A DNA stretch of 20,362 nucleotides from Candidatus Sysuimicrobiota bacterium (GTDB lineage Bacteria > Sysuimicrobiota > Sysuimicrobiia > Sysuimicrobiales > Sysuimicrobiaceae), in assembly GCA_040289515.1 (NCBI GenBank), contig PSLI01000036.1, positions 1-20,362 of the forward strand. Direction: 5' to 3'. The notes below the pieces were generated by a model, which worked only from the letters and a program-made list of their open reading frames with translations, had not been told where the DNA came from and ran no database searches. The translations under genes and the position numbers were made by a program. Positions 1-8,590 of this stretch are shown in pieces; positions within the stretch are counted from its first letter, which is position 1, and each line of letters starts with the position of its first letter.

Positions 1-1
1 G

Positions 2-139
2 GAGGAGGCCATCGTTACGGGGGGGGCAGACGCGGTGCTGGTGGCCTCCCTCGTCCACCATGGCCGGTACCGGATTGCCCAGCTCAAGGCCCACCTGGCC
101 CGGTGTGGGATTCCGGTCCGGGAGGTCAGGGAGCCGTGA
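2..139 (+). CDS. hisF: Imidazole glycerol phosphate synthase cyclase subunit, C-terminal fragment (5' end outside the window)
   Basis: Frame 2 reads EEAIVTGGADAVLVASLVHHGRYRIAQLKAHLARCGIPVREVREP*, matching the HisF C-terminus (ADAxLAASxFH...xKxxLxxxGIPVR). TGA at 137-139 overlaps the next GTG. Confidence 0.85.
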   Translation, partial: EEAIVTGGADAVLVASLVHHGRYRIAQLKAHLARCGIPVREVREP

Positions 140-1272
140 GTGGGGGTCGGCCGGTGGGCACGCGCATCGCGCACGTGGTGCTGCGGGTGCGCGAGCTGGA
201 GCGCTCCCTTCGCTTCTACCGGGACCTGCTCGGCATGCACGAGACCGCCCGCCTGTCCAAGCCCCCCATGGTGTTCTTGGCCTTCGGGGACTCCCACCAC
301 GACCTGGCGCTCTTGGAGGTGGGACCCCAGGCCCCCGGGCCCGACCCCCGGGGGGTGGGGATGTACCACTTCGCCATCCAGGTCCCCACCTGGGAGGAGC
401 TGCGGGCGGCCTACCGACGGGAGCTGGAAGCCCTGGAACGGCAGGCGCGGCAGGAGCTGGAGCACTACGCGACGCAGCTGCAGCGCGACGCCCAGGAGCA
501 GCTGCAGGCCCGCCAGCAGCAGCTACAGCAGGACCTGCAGCGCAGGGTGGAGGCCTCCCGGCAGCAGGTGCAGGCGCGGGTGCATGCCTACCAGGAGCAG
601 GTCAGCCGGGAATACCGCCTGCCCCTGTTGAACGTGCGCCTGAAGCTGGAGACCGTCCAGCACGCGGACCGGCAGCAGTATGACCGGCTGCTGCAGGAGT
701 ACGAGCGGATGCAGAAGGAGCGGGACGCCAAGGTACAGGCCTACGCGGAGGCACAGCAGAAGGAGCTGCAGGAGTTGGTCCGCGCGGAGGAGCAGCGGGC
801 GCGGGAAGCGCTGGAGGCGTACCGCAGGGAGCTGGAAGAACAGCAGCGTGCGCAGCTGGCGCAGCGCCAGAAGGAGCTGCGCTCACAGCTGCAGCAGGCC
901 ACCCGCAAGCGGGAGGAGGAGTTCCAACGGCGGGTGCGGGAGCGGCAGCGGGCCTTGGAGGAGTTGGCCAGCGCCCAGGCCCGGGCCGCCGCCCGGCGGG
1001 CGCAGGAGGAGCTGCGGAAGGTGGTGGAAGCCGCGCAGCGGCGGTACCAGGAGGAGGAACGCGCCCACCGGGAGCAGCTGCGCAAGGAGCTGGAGGCCCT
1101 GCGGGCCCAACAGGCCAGCCTGGAGGCCATCCTCCTGGCGGAGCTGCGCATGGAGGTGGCGCAGGTGGCCCTGGAGCAGGGCCTGGACCTGGTCCTGGTC
1201 CGAACCGTGTCGCAGACGAACGCCACGGACATTACCCCGTTGGTGCTGCGGAGGTTGCGGGAGAGGCGATGA
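136..1272 (+). CDS. Chimeric ORF: N-terminal partial VOC/glyoxalase (catechol dioxygenase-like) domain fused to a long OmpH-like coiled-coil protein
   Basis: GTG at 136 (GTGA overlap with hisF). N-part has VOC motifs IAHVVLRVRELERSLRFYRDLLG, HHDLAL and GMYHFAIQV. From ~421 it is a Q/E/R-rich coiled coil ending in an OmpH/Skp-type tail (EVAQVALEQGLDLVL...ATDITPLVLRRL). Confidence 0.7.
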   Translation: MSGGRPVGTRIAHVVLRVRELERSLRFYRDLLGMHETARLSKPPMVFLAFGDSHHDLALLEVGPQAPGPDPRGVGMYHFAIQVPTWEELRAAYRRELEALERQARQELEHYATQLQRDAQEQLQARQQQLQQDLQRRVEASRQQVQARVHAYQEQVSREYRLPLLNVRLKLETVQHADRQQYDRLLQEYERMQKERDAKVQAYAEAQQKELQELVRAEEQRAREALEAYRRELEEQQRAQLAQRQKELRSQLQQATRKREEEFQRRVRERQRALEELASAQARAAARRAQEELRKVVEAAQRRYQEEERAHREQLRKELEALRAQQASLEAILLAELRMEVAQVALEQGLDLVLVRTVSQTNATDITPLVLRRLRERR

Positions 1273-1670
1273 GACGCGCAGGCCTGTGGGTGGCGCTGGG
1301 AATGGCTTTCTTGCTGGCAGGCTGCGGGCGGCCCGCGGTGGGCGTGGTGAACACGCAGCGGGTACTGAGCGAGAGCGTGCTGGCCCTGTCCTACCAGAAG
1401 CAGCTCAACGACCGGGAGAAGGTGATGGCCGCGGAGCTATCCTTGGCCGCGCAGCGGCTGGACCGCCGGGCCCTGGAGGCACAGCGACTGGCGTACCTGC
1501 GGGAGCTGCAGCAGCTGCGGGCGGAGCTGGAGGAGCGCTTGAACCGCAGGCTCCGGGAGGTGGTGGAGGAGGTGGCCCGCAAAGAGCGCGTGCGCATCGT
1601 GCTGGTGAAGGGCGCCACCGTGGTGGGTGGGGTCGATCTCACGGATCAGGTGCTGGAGCGCCTGCGCTAG
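1269..1670 (+). CDS. ompH: OmpH/Skp-family periplasmic chaperone, predicted lipoprotein
   Basis: ATGA overlap with the upstream ORF. Signal peptide with LAGC lipobox, VGVVNTQRVL start, short coiled coil, VAxKExVxIVL...GGVDLTDQVL end. Sits directly upstream of lpxD. Confidence 0.85.
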   Translation: MRRAGLWVALGMAFLLAGCGRPAVGVVNTQRVLSESVLALSYQKQLNDREKVMAAELSLAAQRLDRRALEAQRLAYLRELQQLRAELEERLNRRLREVVEEVARKERVRIVLVKGATVVGGVDLTDQVLERLR

Positions 1671-1685
1671 CTGGCGGAGGACGGG

Positions 1686-2717
1686 ATGACCCTGCGGGAG
1701 CTGGCGCGCCACCTGAAAGGGCGTCTGGAGGGGGACCCGGACCGGGAGGTGCACACGGTGGCCAGCCCCGAACGGGCAGGCCCCCGTGCTGTGTGCGTGT
1801 GCAGCTCTGCCCAGGCAGTACAGCGGGCCGCCGCCGCGGGTGCGGGCGCGGTGGTGGTCCCTGAGGGCCTGCCAGCCCCGCCCCCTGCCATCCGGGTGCA
1901 GGATGCGCGTCTTGCCCTGGCGGTGGTGCTGGAGCTGTTGGGGCCCAAACCGCAGCGGCCGGTCGGAGTCCACCCCAGCGCGGCCGTGCACCCCACCGCG
2001 TGGCTGGGGCCGGAGGTGGCGGTGGGCGCCTTCGCCGTGGTGGAGGCGGAGGCGCGCATCGGCGCCCGCACGGTCCTGTACCCCTTCGCGTACGTGGGGC
2101 CGCACGCGTCCCTGGGGGAGGACTGCGTGGTGTACCCGCACGCGGTGGTAGGAGAGCGGGTGCAGGTCGGCCACCGGGTGATCCTGCACCCGGGTTGCGT
2201 GCTGGGTTCGGACGGATTTGGATTCGTGCCGGGGCCACGGGCCCACCGCAAGATCCCGCAGGTGGGCACTGTGGTGGTGGAGGACGACGTGGAGATCGGG
2301 GCGTGCACCACCGTGGACCGCGCGACCCTGGACGAGACACGGATCGGCGCGGGTACCAAAATCGACAACCTCGTGCAGGTGGCGCACAACGTGCGCGTCG
2401 GCCGGCGGTGCCTCATCGCGGCGCAATGCGGCATCGCGGGCAGCGTGGTGCTGGAGGACGGGGTGGTGCTGGCCGGACAGGTGGGGGTGGCAGACCACGT
2501 ACGCATCGGCTCTGGGGCGGTGGTGCTGGCGCAGAGCGGGGTGACCAAAGACGTGCCGCCCGGCGCCACGGTGTACGGCCATCCCGCCCAGCCCCGTCCG
2601 CACGAGCTGCGGGAGCAGGCTGCTCGCCGGCAGCTGCCGAAACTCCTCCAGCGGGTGCAACGGCTGGAGCGGCTGTTGGCCGGTGAGGGGGAACCTGAGG
2701 CGGATCAGCGGGGCTAG
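1686..2717 (+). CDS. lpxD: UDP-3-O-acyl-glucosamine N-acyltransferase
   Basis: Hexapeptide left-handed beta-helix repeats; [28 protein letters not shown] and [12 protein letters not shown] motifs; GGAGG RBS upstream. Confidence 0.96.
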   Translation: MTLRELARHLKGRLEGDPDREVHTVASPERAGPRAVCVCSSAQAVQRAAAAGAGAVVVPEGLPAPPPAIRVQDARLALAVVLELLGPKPQRPVGVHPSAAVHPTAWLGPEVAVGAFAVVEAEARIGARTVLYPFAYVGPHASLGEDCVVYPHAVVGERVQVGHRVILHPGCVLGSDGFGFVPGPRAHRKIPQVGTVVVEDDVEIGACTTVDRATLDETRIGAGTKIDNLVQVAHNVRVGRRCLIAAQCGIAGSVVLEDGVVLAGQVGVADHVRIGSGAVVLAQSGVTKDVPPGATVYGHPAQPRPHELREQAARRQLPKLLQRVQRLERLLAGEGEPEADQRG

Positions 2718-2725
2718 CTGCTCCC

Positions 2726-4495
2726 ATGCGCGTGCGCGGCTTCCTCGCAGCGGCCCTTTGTGCGGTGTTGGGGATGGTGCCCCAGGGCGTGGCGACCCAG
2801 GCCCATACGGTGCAGGTGGCCGCGGAGGGCACCGCGTGGGCGGTACGGGTCAACGGACACGTGGTACTGCGGCTGCGGGGCCACGACTCCGCGGTGCGGG
2901 CGCAGGCGGTGGCCGCGCGGCTGCGATACCTGCCCAGGGGAGGGCAGGATGTACAGGTGGTCCCCGAAGGGGGCTCCGTGGGCGTGTACGCGGCGGGCCG
3001 CAGGATCGTGAGCGTGGGGTGGGACCAGGCCCGGGCTAACCGCACGTCCCCGTACGGGCTGGCCACGCGGTGGGCGATCCGGTTGCAGTCCGCTCTGTCC
3101 GAGCGGCGGCTGTTTTTGCCCACCACCCGGCTGGTGTTGCCCGTGGGTGCAAGCCGACTGGTGGAGGTGCGCACGCTGCCGCCGGGCCAGCCCCAGGTCG
3201 GCCCGTACGACGACCGGGTGGTGCGCGTGGGATGGGAGGGCCCGCAGCAGCTCCGGGTGGTGGCCCGGAGTGCGGGCACCTCCCGCATCCCAATACGCTA
3301 CGGGCCCAACCAGCGTGAAATTCAGGTGTGGGTACGACCCGTGGCCGGTCGCCTGCCGGACCGCGTGGAGGCGGTGGTCACGGGTGATCCGGCTCCCGCG
3401 GAGGTGGTGCGGGAAGCGGCGGTGCGAGCGGTGGAGCGCGCCGTCCGTGCGGAATCCGGCGCGGTCTTGGAGGTCACACCCGGTGAGATCCCCGCCCTGC
3501 GACCCGGGGAGGTGTGGTGGGGCGGCGTGCCCACGCGCGTGCGCAGCCCCTTCGCCCTGCCCGTGGAAGGACGGGTACTGGTGGTGGTGCGCAACCAAGC
3601 CTTGCCGCTGGCGTGGCCCTCACGCCTGCTGGTGAGCAACAACCCGGAACGGATCGTCACGGACGGCGTGCTGTTCCGGGAGGTCATCCCCCCGGGGGAG
3701 TCGGTGCGCATGCTGTACCACCACGCAAACGGCGCCGGCCGGGACAAGGTGCTAACGGTGCGGCTGCGCAACCTCGAGCGGCGCTCCGCCCGGGTCCACC
3801 TGCAGCTCTCTACGCCGCCCGCATGGCACGACACCATGGGCGTTGGGCACGCGGCAGCCCGCCGCTTTCTGGAGCTAGTGGCTGCGGGCGCGGGGTACGT
3901 GCTGGAGCTGCCCCCCTTGGGCGAGCACCGGTTCTCCACGCAGCGGACTCCTCCCGGCCACGTGATCTCCGGGCTCGCGCAGCTGCAGGTCCTGCAGGGA
4001 GGGCCTCTTGAGGTTTCCGTGAGCGTCCGCACGGTGTACGTGCTGGACCGGGCGGTGTGGTGGGAGCTGGGCCCGGACGAGCAGACCCACCCGCGAGGGA
4101 CCTTCGGCCCGCCCTTGGTGGAGGTGGAGGCCCGTTTGCAGGTAGGCTCGGAGTGGGCCGCGCTCGTGGGGCACAGCCGACAGCTGCGCGACCTGAAGAC
4201 CGGCACGGTGCTGCAGGGCGACTACGGGGTGACGTGGCGGTTGCGCCTGCTGCTGGAGAACCCGACCGAACAACCCGCGGAAGGCGAACTGGTGGTAGTG
4301 GCGGCCTCCGGTCCCGCGTACGCCACCTTCCTGGTGGACGGACAGCTGGTGGACCTGAAGTACCTGGCTCCGGGACGCAGCACCCGGGTGTTCTCCACCA
4401 CCCTGGCACCCGGAGAGGTGCGGCCCCTGGAGCTGGTGACCATCCCCGAGGCCGCCTCCTGGTACCCCATACGGCTGGAGTGGAGGGTCCGTTGA
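2726..4495 (+). CDS. Secreted hypothetical protein, 589 aa, with a DUF3370-like C-terminal region
   Basis: Sec-type signal peptide (MRVRGFLAAALCAVLGMVPQGVATQA), GC3-biased codons, fills the gap between lpxD and lpxC. Motifs LLVSNNPE..xGVLF, RMLYHHxN and GDYGVxWxLxLxLxNPT recall DUF3370-like proteins. Confidence 0.75.
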   Translation: MRVRGFLAAALCAVLGMVPQGVATQAHTVQVAAEGTAWAVRVNGHVVLRLRGHDSAVRAQAVAARLRYLPRGGQDVQVVPEGGSVGVYAAGRRIVSVGWDQARANRTSPYGLATRWAIRLQSALSERRLFLPTTRLVLPVGASRLVEVRTLPPGQPQVGPYDDRVVRVGWEGPQQLRVVARSAGTSRIPIRYGPNQREIQVWVRPVAGRLPDRVEAVVTGDPAPAEVVREAAVRAVERAVRAESGAVLEVTPGEIPALRPGEVWWGGVPTRVRSPFALPVEGRVLVVVRNQALPLAWPSRLLVSNNPERIVTDGVLFREVIPPGESVRMLYHHANGAGRDKVLTVRLRNLERRSARVHLQLSTPPAWHDTMGVGHAAARRFLELVAAGAGYVLELPPLGEHRFSTQRTPPGHVISGLAQLQVLQGGPLEVSVSVRTVYVLDRAVWWELGPDEQTHPRGTFGPPLVEVEARLQVGSEWAALVGHSRQLRDLKTGTVLQGDYGVTWRLRLLLENPTEQPAEGELVVVAASGPAYATFLVDGQLVDLKYLAPGRSTRVFSTTLAPGEVRPLELVTIPEAASWYPIRLEWRVR

Positions 4496-5337
4496 GGCAC
4501 CGGACGGTGGCCCGTCCGGTGCAGGTGGAGGGCGTGGGTCTGCACACCGGAAGCCCGTGCCGCGTGCGGATCCTCCCCCGTTTGTCTCCGGGCCTGGTGC
4601 TGCGGGCAGGATCTGTTACCGCGGAGGTGGGTTTGGGCGCGGTGGAGGATACAGACCGGCGCACCCGGGTGGCCGGGGTGTCCACCCTGGAGCACCTGCT
4701 GGCCGCCCTGTGGGTGGCCGGGGTCAGCGCCGCGGAGCTTGTGGTGCAAGGGGAGGAGGTGCCGGCGGGCGACGGAAGCGCCCTGCCCTTCTGGCAGGCC
4801 GTGCAGGACGCGGGCTTGCGGGAGCTGGACGTGCAGCGCCCTGTCCTTACCGTGCGCAGGGCCGTGTGGGTCAGAGACGGCGAACGCCTGTGTGCAGCTC
4901 TGCCGTACCCCGGTCTGCGGGTAACGTACGTGGTGCCCCTCCCGGACCGGCCTGCGCAGGCGGTAGACGTGCGGGTGGACGAGGCCGCGTTCGAGCAGGA
5001 GCTGGCTCCCGCGCGTACGTGGGGGTACGCGGACGAAGCAGCCTCCCTGTGGGGACGGGGCCTCGCCCTGGGTGCTTCGGAGGTCAACACGTTGGTGTTG
5101 GAGGCCGGTGGGTACCGCAACCCGCCGCGGTTTGCGGACGAGCCGGCCCGCCACAAGGCGGTGGACCTGCTGGGCGACCTGGCCCTGCTGGGCGCGGCGC
5201 TACGGGCCCATGTGGTAGCCGTAGGTGCCGGGCACGCCCTGCACGTGTCGCTGGCCCGACGTCTGGCGCAACAGCGTGGACCGGTCCGCGGACGGATGGG
5301 CAGGGCGCGGGAACGTGTCCCAGAATCACCTCAGTAG
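4492..5337 (+). CDS. lpxC: UDP-3-O-acyl-N-acetylglucosamine deacetylase
   Basis: TTG start at 4492 (TTGA overlap, GGAGG 5 nt upstream). Motifs GVGLHTG, TLEHLLAAL, EVPAGDGSA, APARTWG, EPARHKAVDLLGDLALLG, GHALH. Confidence 0.95.
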   Translation: MRHRTVARPVQVEGVGLHTGSPCRVRILPRLSPGLVLRAGSVTAEVGLGAVEDTDRRTRVAGVSTLEHLLAALWVAGVSAAELVVQGEEVPAGDGSALPFWQAVQDAGLRELDVQRPVLTVRRAVWVRDGERLCAALPYPGLRVTYVVPLPDRPAQAVDVRVDEAAFEQELAPARTWGYADEAASLWGRGLALGASEVNTLVLEAGGYRNPPRFADEPARHKAVDLLGDLALLGAALRAHVVAVGAGHALHVSLARRLAQQRGPVRGRMGRARERVPESPQ

Positions 5338-5359
5338 CTCGTGGGTCCGGGAGGTGCGG

Positions 5360-5809
5360 ATGAGCGTGCAGATCCAGGAGATTCTGCGCTACCTGCCCCA
5401 CCGTTACCCTTTCCTCCTGGTGGACAGGGTGCTGGAGATGGATCCGGAAGCGGGCCGGATTGTGGCCCTAAAGAACGTCACCATCAACGAGGAGTTCTTC
5501 GTAGGCCACCTTCCGGGCAACCCCGTGATGCCGGGCGTCCTCATTGTGGAGGCACTGGCGCAGGCCGCGGGCGTGTTGGTGCTGCACAAGGCAAACCTCC
5601 CGGGCCGGCTGGCGTACTTCGCCGCTGCGGACGGCGTTCGGTTCCGCAGACCCGTGGTACCGGGAGACCAGCTGCGCCTGGAGGTGCAGCTGGAGTGGAT
5701 CCGGGGTCGGCTGGTGCGGGTCCAGGGTCGGGCCACCGTGGACGGCCAGGTGGCCGCGGAGGGGACCCTTACCTTCTCCGTGAGCGAGCACCCGGGGAGT
5801 TCGGGATGA
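5360..5809 (+). CDS. fabZ: 3-hydroxyacyl-ACP dehydratase
   Basis: ATG at 5360 after GGAGGTG. Motifs LPHRYPFLLVDRV, KNVTINEEFFVGHLPGNPVMPGVLIVEALAQ, FRRPVVPGDQL. Confidence 0.97.
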   Translation: MSVQIQEILRYLPHRYPFLLVDRVLEMDPEAGRIVALKNVTINEEFFVGHLPGNPVMPGVLIVEALAQAAGVLVLHKANLPGRLAYFAAADGVRFRRPVVPGDQLRLEVQLEWIRGRLVRVQGRATVDGQVAAEGTLTFSVSEHPGSSG

Positions 5810-6612
5810 CCGACGGGCCCCGCATTCACCCCACCGCGGTGGTCCACCCGGAGGCTAAGCTGCACCCCACGGTGGAGGTGGGCCCGTACGCGGTGATCGG
5901 GCCCCACGTGGAGGTGGGGGAGGGGACCGTGATCGGACCCCACGTGGTGCTGCAGGGGCACGTCTGCATCGGCCGCCGCAACCGCATCCACGCGGGGGTG
6001 GTGATCGGCGGAGAGCCCCAGGACCGCTCGTACCAGGGGGAGCGCAGCTACGTGATCGTGGGCGACGACAACGTGATCCGCGAGTACGTGCAGATCCACC
6101 GGGCCACCGGCGACGGCCAGGCCACGGTGGTGGGGGACCGGAACTACATCATGTCCATGGTGCATGTGGCCCACAACTGCCGGCTGGGCTCGGACATCGT
6201 CATCGTGACGGGATCCGGGCTCGCCGGACACGTGCGGGTGGACGACGGTGCCCAGATCGGGGGCATGGCGGGCGTGCACCAGTACGTGCGCATCGGTCGG
6301 CTGGGTATGGTGGGCGGACTGGCCAAGCTCACCACCGACGTGCCGCCCTTCATGCTGGTGGACGGGGTGCCGGCCCGGGCCCGGGGTCTGAACCGCGTGG
6401 GGCTGCACCGCGCGGGCGTTCCCCGGGAGGAGGTGGACCGGCTGCACCGTGCCTTCCGCGTCCTGTACCGGGAGGGTCTGTCCGTCCCCCACGCGGTGGA
6501 GCGCATCGTGGCGGAGCTCGGGGAGCAGGGCCTGGTGGGGGAGCTGGTGGCCTTTCTGCGGGAGCAGAGGGGCTCCCGTCGCGGCCTGGTACGAGCGGAG
6601 CGGCAGCCGTGA
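5806..6612 (+). CDS. lpxA: Acyl-ACP--UDP-N-acetylglucosamine O-acyltransferase
   Basis: ATGA overlap with fabZ. IHPTAVV start, GGEPQD, NVIREYVQIHRAT, HVAHNC, GVHQYVRIG, DVPPF, GLNRVGL. Confidence 0.96.
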   Translation: MTDGPRIHPTAVVHPEAKLHPTVEVGPYAVIGPHVEVGEGTVIGPHVVLQGHVCIGRRNRIHAGVVIGGEPQDRSYQGERSYVIVGDDNVIREYVQIHRATGDGQATVVGDRNYIMSMVHVAHNCRLGSDIVIVTGSGLAGHVRVDDGAQIGGMAGVHQYVRIGRLGMVGGLAKLTTDVPPFMLVDGVPARARGLNRVGLHRAGVPREEVDRLHRAFRVLYREGLSVPHAVERIVAELGEQGLVGELVAFLREQRGSRRGLVRAERQP

Positions 6613-7406
6613 AAACTGCGGTGGGCCTGGTGGCGGGGACGGGGGCGCTTCCGCGGGAGCTGGCGAAAAGCCTGCGGGCACGCGGCCTCCGGGTGGTGTG
6701 CGTGCAGGTACAGGGCGACGGCGCAGGACTCGCAGAAATGTGTGACCGATATGAGCGGGTGGGCTTGAGCAGGGCACCCGATGCCCTGCGGCTGTTTCGG
6801 GAGGAGGGTGTGCGGGAGCTCGTGCTGGCGGGCAAGGTGGATAAGCTGCAGGCGCTGCGGGAGCTGGAGGGCTCGCCCCTGTGGAACCGCGTGGATCGCA
6901 CGGACGGCCGCGACCCGGAGCTGTGGCACGCGCTGCGATCCCTGCTGGAGGAGTGGGGCTTGCAGATCCTGCCGCCCTGCGCGTTGCTGGCGCACCTGGT
7001 GGCCTCCGTGGGCGTCCTCGCAGGCCGGCCGCCCACGGAGGCGGAACGTGCAGACCTGGCCCTGGGTTTCCGGGTGGCCAACCGCATCGCCGAGGCGGGG
7101 GTGGGCCAGGCGGTGGCGGTCCGGGGCGGCGTGGTGCTGGCAGTGGAGGCCGCGGAGGGCACCGACGGGATGATCCGCCGCTGCTCGGCCTTCGGGCCGG
7201 GGGCGGTGGTGGTGAAGGTGGCCTGGCCGGGCGTGGACGGGAGCTTCGACCCGCCCGTGGTGGGCCCCGACACCCTGGTGGCCATGCGGGAGGCGGGTGC
7301 CACCGCCCTTGGGGTGGAGGCGGGCGCGGCCCTCGTGCTGGACCCACCCGCGGTGGCCGCGGCGGCCCAGGAGTTGGACGTGTCGGTGGTCGGGCTTTCG
7401 GGGTGA
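6609..7406 (+). CDS. lpxI: UDP-2,3-diacylglucosamine pyrophosphatase LpxI family (DUF1009)
   Basis: GTGA overlap. VGLVAGTGALP, LAGKVDK, GQAVAV, VLAVEAAEGTDGMIRR, FDPPVVGPDT. Located between lpxA and lpxB. Confidence 0.9.
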   Translation: MKTAVGLVAGTGALPRELAKSLRARGLRVVCVQVQGDGAGLAEMCDRYERVGLSRAPDALRLFREEGVRELVLAGKVDKLQALRELEGSPLWNRVDRTDGRDPELWHALRSLLEEWGLQILPPCALLAHLVASVGVLAGRPPTEAERADLALGFRVANRIAEAGVGQAVAVRGGVVLAVEAAEGTDGMIRRCSAFGPGAVVVKVAWPGVDGSFDPPVVGPDTLVAMREAGATALGVEAGAALVLDPPAVAAAAQELDVSVVGLSG

Positions 7407-8590
7407 GCCCAGCCCGCCTTTCAGGCCAGAGGCCCCGGGTGTTCCTGCTGGCGGGCGAGGCCTCGGGAGACACCCACGCTGCGCACCTGGCCCAGGCCCT
7501 ACAGCAGCTTGTGCCCCACGTGGACTTGGTAGGCGCGGGCGGACCCCGTATGGCGGAAGCCGGCGTGCGGATCGTCCTGGACACCTCGGGCTGGGGGGTG
7601 GTGGGGTACGTGGAGGCCTACGTACGGGTGCCCGCCTTCGCGGTGCGCTTTCGCAGGGTCGTGAACCTGGTGCGTGCCCTGCGCCCGCACGTGCTGGTCC
7701 TCGTAGACTTCCCCGGCTTCAACGTGTTCGTGGCGAAGGCCCTGTGCCGACAGGTGCCCACCGTGTACTTCTTCCCCCCGATGGCCTACGGAAGGCGGCG
7801 GCCGGGCCGGGCCAAGGTGCTGGCGGCCCTGCCCGTGCGGGTGTTGGTGGCGTTTCCCTTCGAGTACGAGGCGTACCGGGCGGCCGGTGCGGACGTGGTG
7901 TTCGTGGGGCACCCCGCACGGGACGTGGCACGTCCGTCGCTTACCCGCGGGCAGCTGTGGGAAACCCTGCGGTTGCGTCCGGACGGACGCCTGGTGGCAC
8001 TGTTGCCGGGCAGTCGCCCGCAGGAGGTGCGTGCCCTGCTGCCTGTGCAGCTGGGCGCCTACCAGGAGCTGGTTCGCCGCGGCCTGGCTGTGCAGGCCGC
8101 GGTGGCGACTGCCTCCGAGCGGCTCCAGCCCCTGGTGCGCCAGATCCTGCGCACGCACCGGTTGAAGCTGCCGGCCCCTACGGGCCACACGTACGACCTC
8201 CTCGCCCACGCGGACGCCGCGGTGGTGGCCTCCGGCACCGCGACCCTGGAGGCTGCGCTGCTGGGGACGCCCTCGGTGGTGGTGTACCGGGTCTCCAGGC
8301 TGACGGAGTGGATCGCGCGCCGCGAGGCCGCGCTTCCGTGGGTGAGCCTGCCCAACCTTCTGGCGGGCCAGCCGGTGGTGCCGGAGCTGCTGCAGAAGGA
8401 CTGCCGGCCGGGACGCGTGGCACAGGTGCTGCACGCGCTGCTTGTGGACCCCTCGCGGGCCTCCCGCATGCGGGACCAGCTCAGGGCGCTAGCGGAGGCG
8501 CTGGGGCCGCCGGGTGCCACCACCCGTGCAGCGCGGGAGGTAGCCAGGGCGTTGGGGTTTGGTGCGCAGGAGCTTGAAGGCGTACCATGA
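7403..8590 (+). CDS. lpxB: Lipid-A-disaccharide synthase
   Basis: GTG at 7403 (GTGA overlap). AGEASGD, VDFPGFN, FPFE, FVGHP, LLPGSRPQE, ASGTATLEAAL, LPNLL, VPELLQ. Confidence 0.95.
   Translation: MSPARLSGQRPRVFLLAGEASGDTHAAHLAQALQQLVPHVDLVGAGGPRMAEAGVRIVLDTSGWGVVGYVEAYVRVPAFAVRFRRVVNLVRALRPHVLVLVDFPGFNVFVAKALCRQVPTVYFFPPMAYGRRRPGRAKVLAALPVRVLVAFPFEYEAYRAAGADVVFVGHPARDVARPSLTRGQLWETLRLRPDGRLVALLPGSRPQEVRALLPVQLGAYQELVRRGLAVQAAVATASERLQPLVRQILRTHRLKLPAPTGHTYDLLAHADAAVVASGTATLEAALLGTPSVVVYRVSRLTEWIARREAALPWVSLPNLLAGQPVVPELLQKDCRPGRVAQVLHALLVDPSRASRMRDQLRALAEALGPPGATTRAAREVARALGFGAQELEGVP

Noticed and set aside
421..1130. CAG/GAG-rich low-complexity DNA as a repeat element
   Set aside because: Explained by the Gln/Glu-rich coiled-coil coding sequence; no exact periodic unit was seen.
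5404..7584. Long antisense and alternative-frame ORFs (e.g. 5404-7584 -, 1437-2660 -, 9154-10857 -, 3810-5156 -)
   Set aside because: Shadow ORFs of very GC-rich coding DNA. They are Pro/Arg/Gly-rich, carry no recognisable motifs and fully overlap well-supported genes.
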